Assembly: GCA_963675665.1 (NCBI GenBank)
Contig: OY776510.1
Span: 736,001 to 800,000 of the forward strand
Reading direction: 5' to 3'
DNA from: Spirochaetia bacterium
GTDB taxonomy: Bacteria; Spirochaetota; Spirochaetia; UBA9216
DNA: 64,000 bases
The position numbers and the translations under genes are program-made. Positions within the stretch are counted from its first letter, which is position 1, and every line of letters begins with the position of its first letter. The notes under the pieces were generated by a model that had not been told where the DNA came from, searched no databases, and was given only the letters and a program-made list of their open reading frames with translations. Positions 1 through 6,186 of this stretch are shown piece by piece.

Positions 1-1
1 T

Positions 2-742
2 ATGACTTTACGCCTGCGAAACACAATATTGATTCTACTGGCAGCAATTTCGGCGGTCGGGCCGGTCCTGATCATAAGAGGATTGATAAACGGAAGCCTT
101 ATATTCAATCTCGAAACAGTTGAAACAGTAATTCCGGTCATTTTACTTTCCGTATTTACGACCCTGTCCAGCATAATTATATTTTTATCATTCAGAAATA
201 CAGCCTCTTCGGAAATTTTCTTTTTTTTCATTTTCCTTTTTTCGTTCGCTTTCGATATTTTCAAACTTTCAGATTTTGAATTATACGGATATATCCTTAC
301 AAAAATAGTTTATTACGGAAGGTTTCTCGGCGCCCTGGCCTTGTTCAGTGCAGGGCTGTTTACAACCGGCCTTGAGTACCGGAGAATGGGAATTACATCG
401 ATTATTATTTTTATCCTTCCTGCCGCGCTGGTTCTGGTTCTGCCGGTAGATGTTACCACTCATATTCCGGGCGGAACATATAAAATCGGAAGATTCCATG
501 AAACGGCAATAGCGCTCGGATCCTTATCGATGATGGGAATCATAAATTTTATAATTGCAGGTATAAAAAATGAAAGCCGTGATTACCTTGTAATTGCCGC
601 CGGGGCCTTTTCCGCAGCCTGCGGCAGAGAACTGATTTATTATTTCGATATTGTTACAATACAGATGACAGGTTTTTTAATTTTACTTGCCGGATCAATA
701 ATATTCGGTCTTAAAACGCACAGACTCTATCTCTGGGACTAG
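2..742 (+). CDS. Multi-pass membrane protein of unknown function (5' end may lie outside the window)
   Basis: 246-aa ORF with about 7 hydrophobic segments; no catalytic motif recognised. Confidence 0.7.
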   Translation: MTLRLRNTILILLAAISAVGPVLIIRGLINGSLIFNLETVETVIPVILLSVFTTLSSIIIFLSFRNTASSEIFFFFIFLFSFAFDIFKLSDFELYGYILTKIVYYGRFLGALALFSAGLFTTGLEYRRMGITSIIIFILPAALVLVLPVDVTTHIPGGTYKIGRFHETAIALGSLSMMGIINFIIAGIKNESRDYLVIAAGAFSAACGRELIYYFDIVTIQMTGFLILLAGSIIFGLKTHRLYLWD

Positions 743-1404
743 AGAATCATTACAGCCGCAAAACCCGTCCCTACAGGGATTAAAAGGTTGTCTATATCTT
801 TAACCGGAACCAGCTCAAGAACAGCTGCCGCTACCGCAACAACAAAAGCAGCTGTACTGTCTGATGTTACAAGCAACGTACTTGTATACACAGCGCCGAA
901 ACAGGCCAGAGTTCCTTCCAGTGTTTTTTTGCCGAATCCCTGAAGTTCAATTCTGCCGAAAAACTTTCCAACCAGGCTTGCTGCGCTGTCGCCGAATGCA
1001 AGCGCGTAGATTGCAACTGCCGCTGCAGTTGAAGGATACAGCATGAGAGCCATCATGGCGCCTATTGCCAGGGTCACCGGACCCAGAACAAATCGTCCTT
1101 CATCGCGTTTTCGGGCGGCTGCAGCTGTAATTCCCGACACAAGAATAACTGATTTGCCGTTAACCCGGGAGACTTCACATACTGAATAGAAAATAGCAGC
1201 TGCGGCAAGAAAGAATTCCGTAGCCGCAATATTTATTGTCGCCAGCGCCGGAACCAGCGCCACCATTATATGTATTCCTTTTCTGAATAATTCAGTCCGG
1301 ATTTCTTCGTAGTTGATTCTTACAACTCTGCTGTCAATCATTAACAGAACAACTCCTGCTTGGTTTTTCCCAGTCAATATAAACATGCAATTATTATGCC
1401 ACAA
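739..1404 (-). CDS. Polyprenol/diacylglycerol kinase-like (SEC59/DGK1/VTE5; cytidylyltransferase-family) membrane protein; real start probably a downstream ATG
   Basis: Motifs ELFRKGIH, LAFGDSAASLVGKFFGR, KKTLEG and DNLLIP. Confidence 0.8.
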   Translation of the reverse strand: MWHNNCMFILTGKNQAGVVLLMIDSRVVRINYEEIRTELFRKGIHIMVALVPALATINIAATEFFLAAAAIFYSVCEVSRVNGKSVILVSGITAAAARKRDEGRFVLGPVTLAIGAMMALMLYPSTAAAVAIYALAFGDSAASLVGKFFGRIELQGFGKKTLEGTLACFGAVYTSTLLVTSDSTAAFVVAVAAAVLELVPVKDIDNLLIPVGTGFAAVMIL

Positions 1405-1535
1405 ACCATATTTCAGAGAGGCTTTGTTAAATACATATGTACAAAAGATTTATATTGACGATATTTTTTTTTGCAGATTTCAGGGGAACAAGTGTATGTT
1501 TTTTTATACAATTATTTTCATATTTTGCAATAGTT

Positions 1536-1570
1536 AAAAAAAGACCTGTGAAAAAAATTCTCCACAGGTC
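1536..1570 (-). terminator. Rho-independent terminator after mrp
   Basis: Minus-strand GACCTGTG...CACAGGTC stem followed by a T7 tract, 26 nt past the mrp stop. Confidence 0.7.
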
Positions 1571-1596
1571 GCATTATAGCACATCCGGCGTTTAAA

Positions 1597-2409
1597 TCAA
1601 GAAAACTGTTCAGCAATTTCATCTACGATTTTACTCAGAATCCTTACAGCCTCGGATTCGGGATGCGTTTTAAATACATTCCGGCCCTGGTCCTGGGCTT
1701 CCATCATTTTCTGATCAATCGGTATTCTGCCGAGAAACGGAACATCCAGTTCTTTGGCCGCTTTTTCGCCGCCGCCGCTGCCGAAGAGGTAATGCGTAGC
1801 CCCGCAGTCGGGACACACGAAGCCGCTCATGTTTTCAATAACGCCAAGGACGGGAACATTAACCTGTTTTGAAAAATTTATACTTTTTCTCGAATCCAGA
1901 ACAGCTACATCCTGAGGCGTTGTTACTATGATGCTTCCGTCAAGTTCCGGAATCAGCTGACATACCGACAGGGGTTCATCTCCCGTACCGGGAGGAGAAT
2001 CTACAACCAGAAAATCAAGTTCGCCCCAGTTGACGTCGGCAAGAAGCTGTTTAATAAATCCCATTTTCAGGGGACCTCTCCAGACAATAGGAGAGTCTGC
2101 ATCGCTGCCGGCCATAGCCAGACTTACAACTTTCATGTTGTCTTCAGCTGTCGGAGGTTCTATTCCGTTGTCGTTCTGATAAAGCATTTCGCCGTCCATG
2201 CCAAGCATTTTGGCAACATTCGGGCCATGGATATCCGTATCCATTAAACCGACTTTGTATCCTTTAGCTGCCAGCGCCCTTGCAATATTTACCGATACAG
2301 TGGATTTTCCTACCCCGCCCTTTCCGCTCATCACAATAATTTTGTGCCTGACTTGCTTCATCCGGTCGGATAGCCTTTCATCCTGCTCAATCTGTTCTTT
2401 GGTTTTCAC
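1597..2409 (-). CDS. mrp: Mrp/NBP35 (ApbC) Fe-S cluster carrier ATPase
   Basis: SGKGGVGKST, WRGP, DSPPGTGD, TTPQ and ENMSGFVCPDCG motifs. Confidence 0.93.
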   Translation of the reverse strand: MKTKEQIEQDERLSDRMKQVRHKIIVMSGKGGVGKSTVSVNIARALAAKGYKVGLMDTDIHGPNVAKMLGMDGEMLYQNDNGIEPPTAEDNMKVVSLAMAGSDADSPIVWRGPLKMGFIKQLLADVNWGELDFLVVDSPPGTGDEPLSVCQLIPELDGSIIVTTPQDVAVLDSRKSINFSKQVNVPVLGVIENMSGFVCPDCGATHYLFGSGGGEKAAKELDVPFLGRIPIDQKMMEAQDQGRNVFKTHPESEAVRILSKIVDEIAEQFS

Positions 2410-2423
2410 TGAATCCGCCTTTA

Positions 2424-2780
2424 TTAGTGATGGCTGCCATGATCGTGATCATGATGGTCACAGCCTACAGCCCCGCTCACCAGGGAACCCTTGCTCAATT
2501 CTTCAAGTACGGACTCGACTCCGCCGCTGATTGATCCCAATACCTTGATTCCGCGTATCTGCATGTTCTGAATAGCACCGGCGCCTATTCCGCCGACGAT
2601 TAAAGTTTCAACACCTTTTGAACCTAGAAAATCCGGAAGAACTGCGCAGTGTCCACCGGGATTATCCATGTACGCTATATCCGTTACTCCGTCCGCCTCT
2701 ACTGTTGCAAAGGTGAAGCCCTGACATTGACCAAAATGTTCCGACACCTGTCCGTTAAGTGTCGCTACTGCTACCTTCAT
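2424..2780 (-). CDS. NifB/NifX-family (FeMo-cofactor-biosynthesis-like) metal-cluster-binding protein with His-rich tail
   Basis: MKVAVAT...VSEHFGQC, IVGGIGAGA; C-terminal CDHHDHDHGSHH; AGGAG RBS. Confidence 0.88.
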   Translation of the reverse strand: MKVAVATLNGQVSEHFGQCQGFTFATVEADGVTDIAYMDNPGGHCAVLPDFLGSKGVETLIVGGIGAGAIQNMQIRGIKVLGSISGGVESVLEELSKGSLVSGAVGCDHHDHDHGSHH

Positions 2781-2786
2781 TCTTTT

Positions 2787-2943
2787 CTCCTATAAAAAGT
2801 TTCCGCATGGATGCGGGTTTTAAGAGGTGAAGTTGTAAAGCTAAACTGCGTTGCAGTTTAAACTGAGTTGCAGTTTAAACTGAGTTGCAGTTTTTGCTTT
2901 ACAACTTCAAAATGATAAAATTGCATGGAAGCAATTTTATCAT
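2787..2943. repeat. Three-hairpin intergenic element, copy 1
   Basis: CCGC-ATGGAT-GCGG (2803-2816); 14-bp inverted repeat 2828-2841/2896-2909 enclosing three 17-nt units; 13-bp stem ATGATAAAATTGC-ATGGAA-GCAATTTTATCAT (2912-2943). Confidence 0.9.
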
Positions 2944-3470
2944 TCCTTCTGTAATTTTCTGCAGTCGGGACATAATCCGTGAAACTGCACAATATGTCTT
3001 TTTATCTCAAATCCGTGTTTCTCGGACAGCACAGACTCAACCTTTCGGTAAAGTTCGCGTTCATCCTCGATAAAATCCGTATACCTGATAACCTTGTAAC
3101 ATCGCTCGCATACCAGCTGGTGGTGATGCTCGGCACGCTGATCCTCGGCGGCAATATATCTCGCCTTTCCTTCTCCGAAATTATATCTGTTGACAATGCC
3201 CATCTCATCAAGGAGGACCAGCGTCCTGTATACCGTAGCCAGTCCTATTGCCGGGTAATCCTCCCTGATTATCGAATATATCTCCTCTGCGCTCAGATAG
3301 CCGTCGGCATTCTCGAGAACACCGGCAACAAGCTGCCGTGGAATTGTCATTCTCATTCCCCGGTTCCGAATACCGCCCTCAAGCTCCATACAGCAAGGCT
3401 TGTGTCTTCCGGGCCGGCCCTGAAACTGATCACGGCCTTCAGCAGGTCTATTCATCAATGATTTCCACAA
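2940..3470 (-). CDS. fur: Fur-family transcriptional regulator (start probably ATG at 3455 or later)
   Basis: RMTIPRQ, IGLATVYRTL, HHHQLVCERC and GLCPDC motifs. Confidence 0.92.
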   Translation of the reverse strand: MWKSLMNRPAEGRDQFQGRPGRHKPCCMELEGGIRNRGMRMTIPRQLVAGVLENADGYLSAEEIYSIIREDYPAIGLATVYRTLVLLDEMGIVNRYNFGEGKARYIAAEDQRAEHHHQLVCERCYKVIRYTDFIEDERELYRKVESVLSEKHGFEIKRHIVQFHGLCPDCRKLQKE

Positions 3471-3474
3471 ATTT

Positions 3475-3493
3475 GATATTGATAATCATTATC
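3475..3493. promoter_or_regulatory. Fur box
   Basis: GATATTGATAATCATTATC, 18/19 match to the GATAATGATAATCATTATC consensus, immediately upstream of fur. Confidence 0.9.
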
Positions 3494-3496
3494 ATT

Positions 3497-3525
3497 AAGA
3501 TAGCAAAAAAATAAGATCCAGTCAA
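3497..3525 (-). promoter_or_regulatory. Sigma70 promoter of the fur operon
   Basis: TTGACT-17 nt-TATCTT with a TGn extension; predicted start site falls inside the Fur box. Confidence 0.7.
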
Positions 3526-3539
3526 GTTTTATTAATAAA

Positions 3540-3917
3540 TCAGCCGCACAGATGATCTACCGAAGAAATCAGGGAGTTTCTGCTGAAAGGTTTTATCAGC
3601 CAGTCAGCAGAAACATTCAAGCCGCTTAAATCGCCGAATTTTTTTTCAAGCTCAAGCCGCTTCTGTTCCGAAGCAAGAAACAGAATTGCTGTTTCTTCAT
3701 TACCGAACTCCCTGAGCTTATCCAGCACCTCTGTCTGGACAGCTGTTTTCATATCCATGTCTGCGATCAACAGTTTTACATAATGGTGATGAATATAATC
3801 TATCACCCAGCCTAACGACCCGGACGATATAAAATCCAGTTTGTTTTTGAAAACAAATTCGATATCGCCTATAAGCGCTTCCGAATCTGAAAATATTATT
3901 AACGGATTTTCAGTCAA
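3540..3917 (-). CDS. Stand-alone, atypical receiver (REC/CheY-like) domain protein
   Basis: LLIADMDM, ILFLAS and DWLIKPF pattern; acidic pocket degenerate (FSDSE); TTG start abuts the sigma factor stop. Confidence 0.65.
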   Translation of the reverse strand: MTENPLIIFSDSEALIGDIEFVFKNKLDFISSGSLGWVIDYIHHHYVKLLIADMDMKTAVQTEVLDKLREFGNEETAILFLASEQKRLELEKKFGDLSGLNVSADWLIKPFSRNSLISSVDHLCG

Positions 3918-4886
3918 TTAGATAACACTCCTGAGCTCTTTCATCCTGGTTGACTCTCCAAGTTTGGCAATGGCTTTATTCTGGATTTGTCTTACCCTTT
4001 CTCTGGTAATATTAAACATCTGGCCTATGTCTTCAAGAGTTTGCGGTCCGTCCTTTGTCAGTCCGAATCGCAGTTTAATAATATCTCTTTCCCTGTCGGT
4101 AAGTTCATCAAGCGAAACTTCCACAATCTCTTTTATATTATTCTGGAAAAAGGCTTCGAACGGTTCGTAATACTCATCGCTTGCAATAAGTTCAGTCAAA
4201 TTTGTAGAATTTTCATCATCCACCGAAATATCCAGGGATGTTGTATCGCCCGTACTTGAAAGAATTGTATTAACCTTTTCTTTGCTCAGATCCATATAGC
4301 GTGCTATTTCGGAAGCTTTCGGTTCTCGCCCCATCGACTGGGTAAGCTCTCGGGTTGCCGAATAGCATTTTCGCGCGGTATTCAGAACATGGACCGGTAT
4401 GCGAATGGTCTTTCCCTTATCGGCTATTGATTTAATTATCGACTGCTGGATCCACCAGGTTCCGTAGGTTGAGAATTTACAGCCCTTACGGTAATCAAAC
4501 CGTTCAACAGCTTCAATAAGACCGATATTACCTTCATTTATGAGATCTATCAAATTGAGACCTCTATGCTGATATTTTTTCGCAATCGATACTACAAGTC
4601 GTAAATTACTTGTTACAAGCCTGTTCCGGAATTTATTAAGTTCCGCTTCATAATATAAACGTTTCTGCTCGTAATCCGGGGTGTCTATCTCTTGATACTG
4701 AACCTTCTGTTCAAGATCCTTCATCTGACTTTTCAGCGTATCCAGATCACGGGCTAATTCAAGCTCTTCCTTTCGCGACAGAAGGGGATATACCGAAATT
4801 TGTTTAAGATACAACGAAAGCGAATCATGTTCCCCCGCTGCAAAATCTTTTTCCGACTCTATTTCTTTATTCCATGCCTCTTTCAT
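3918..4886 (-). CDS. RpoD/RpoS-family sigma70 factor lacking region 1.1
   Basis: DSLSLYLKQI (region 1.2), NLRLVVSIAKKY, DLINEGNIGL, KFSTYGTWWI, TRERVRQIQ; ATG at 4886 preferred over the ORF-track start at 4916. Confidence 0.92.
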   Translation of the reverse strand: MKEAWNKEIESEKDFAAGEHDSLSLYLKQISVYPLLSRKEELELARDLDTLKSQMKDLEQKVQYQEIDTPDYEQKRLYYEAELNKFRNRLVTSNLRLVVSIAKKYQHRGLNLIDLINEGNIGLIEAVERFDYRKGCKFSTYGTWWIQQSIIKSIADKGKTIRIPVHVLNTARKCYSATRELTQSMGREPKASEIARYMDLSKEKVNTILSSTGDTTSLDISVDDENSTNLTELIASDEYYEPFEAFFQNNIKEIVEVSLDELTDRERDIIKLRFGLTKDGPQTLEDIGQMFNITRERVRQIQNKAIAKLGESTRMKELRSVI

Positions 4887-5011
4887 GGTTTGAATAATGC
4901 CACGAAAAAACCACAAAAAAAATCGGGAAAGCTTGAGACATTTGGTAAGAAGTCCCCCTATCCAACCATAGGGGAATCCCCTATGGTTTTTGTCATATAT
5001 AAAGAATCCAA

Positions 5012-6049
5012 TTACTTGATTTTCTTTCTTTTCTTTCTGATAGACTTGTTGCCCCGTTTTACAGAGACAGTTTCAATATTATCATCGGTATAATCTTCTT
5101 CCGTCAATGTTCCGGCTGTTTGTCTTTTTCTGAAAAAATACAAGGCGAATCCTCCCGCCATCATTAAAGCACAAAGAATCTGCCCCGTAGAAAAATTAAG
5201 ATATGAGCTTAATAGCGCCGGTGTTTCTCCGGTGTCTCCGAATTGAAATATAAATCCCATATCCCGGTCGGGTTCCCGAAAATACTCAATGATAAACCGA
5301 ACCGCTCCGTATCCGATAAGGTAAAAGCTTATAACTGCACCATGAAATTTTTTCCTGTTCCTGATAATAAACCACAGGAAAAGCCACAATACAATTCCTT
5401 CAAAAAAAGCCTCGTACAATTGCGACGGATGCCTGGGCAGATTTATAAACCCGCTTTGCGGCAGGTTTATGCCGGCAGCATTTGCAACCTCCTGTACCCA
5501 GCCTGCGGAAACCGGAAACCTCTCGGCATTAGGAAAAACTATTCCCCACGGCCGCGTTGTGACACGCCCCCAAAGTTCGCCATTAATGAAGTTTCCGAGA
5601 CGGCCGAAGGTATAACCCAGAGGAATTCCCGCGGCGACTATATCAGCAAAAAGAAACCAGTTTTTCTTTTTAATTCGACAGAAAATTATTGTCGCTACCA
5701 CCGCACCGATTACTCCGCCGTGGTAACTCATTCCCTGAAGACCGGTAAATCTCCCGCCCCGGAACGGCCAGAAGATCATCCACGGCCTGGAAATGTAATA
5801 GTGTGTCGGATCATAAATGGTCGTGGCAAGCAGTCTGGCGCCGAGAAGCAGTCCGATTATACCCCAAAAGAAACAGTTAAGGATATCATCCTCACTGAAT
5901 CCTGTTTTTAGCCCGCGGGCCTGCTTCATCATTAAAAAATATGCTATTGAAAAAGCTATCAGATACATCAGTCCGTACCATCTGACAGGCAACCCAGGGA
6001 TTATCTCCGGCCTCAACCACTGGGGGAAATTAATATACGCAAGCATCAT
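5012..6049 (-). CDS. lgt: Prolipoprotein diacylglyceryl transferase
   Basis: VRWYGLMY, GMSYHGG, GRLGNFINGELWGR, HPSQLYEA and EYFREPD motifs; GGAGG RBS before ATG 6049/6046. Confidence 0.96.
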   Translation of the reverse strand: MMLAYINFPQWLRPEIIPGLPVRWYGLMYLIAFSIAYFLMMKQARGLKTGFSEDDILNCFFWGIIGLLLGARLLATTIYDPTHYYISRPWMIFWPFRGGRFTGLQGMSYHGGVIGAVVATIIFCRIKKKNWFLFADIVAAGIPLGYTFGRLGNFINGELWGRVTTRPWGIVFPNAERFPVSAGWVQEVANAAGINLPQSGFINLPRHPSQLYEAFFEGIVLWLFLWFIIRNRKKFHGAVISFYLIGYGAVRFIIEYFREPDRDMGFIFQFGDTGETPALLSSYLNFSTGQILCALMMAGGFALYFFRKRQTAGTLTEEDYTDDNIETVSVKRGNKSIRKKRKKIK

Positions 6050-6186
6050 TCCTCCTATAAAAGAGTCCCGCATGGATGCGGGTTATTACGGGAAGAAGTT
6101 TGTGAAACAAATCTGCTTTGCAGATTTGTTTTTCAAACTTCAAGATAAAATTGAACATGGATGTTCAATTTTATCATTCCTCCTAT
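6045..6186. repeat. Three-hairpin intergenic element, copy 2, flanked by a 14-bp direct repeat
   Basis: CCCGC-ATGGAT-GCGGG (6067-6082); central hairpin 6095-6141; GATAAAATTGAAC-ATGGAT-GTTCAATTTTATC (6144-6175); ATCATTCCTCCTAT at 6045-6058 and 6173-6186. Confidence 0.9.

Noticed and set aside
2424-2780. Nitrogen fixation gene
   Set aside because: NifB/NifX-family small proteins commonly occur with mrp in non-diazotrophs, and no nif structural genes are in the window.
2843-2893. Tandem 17-nt palindromic repeats as a CRISPR array
   Set aside because: Units are directly adjacent with no spacers, too short, and no cas genes are present; they are part of the intergenic element.
2787-2943. Element hairpins as simple intrinsic terminators
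   Set aside because: They lie inside apparent operons and conserve loop sequence across loci, which terminators do not require; partial termination is not excluded.
4940-4951. 12-mer ATTTGGTAAGAA shared with 25839-25850
   Set aside because: A 12-nt match is expected by chance in 64 kb of AT-rich DNA and the flanks do not align.
5243-5911. 222-aa + strand ORF and similar antisense ORFs over fapA, murA, the sigma54 activator and others
   Set aside because: They are shadows of well-supported opposite-strand genes and show no recognisable motifs.
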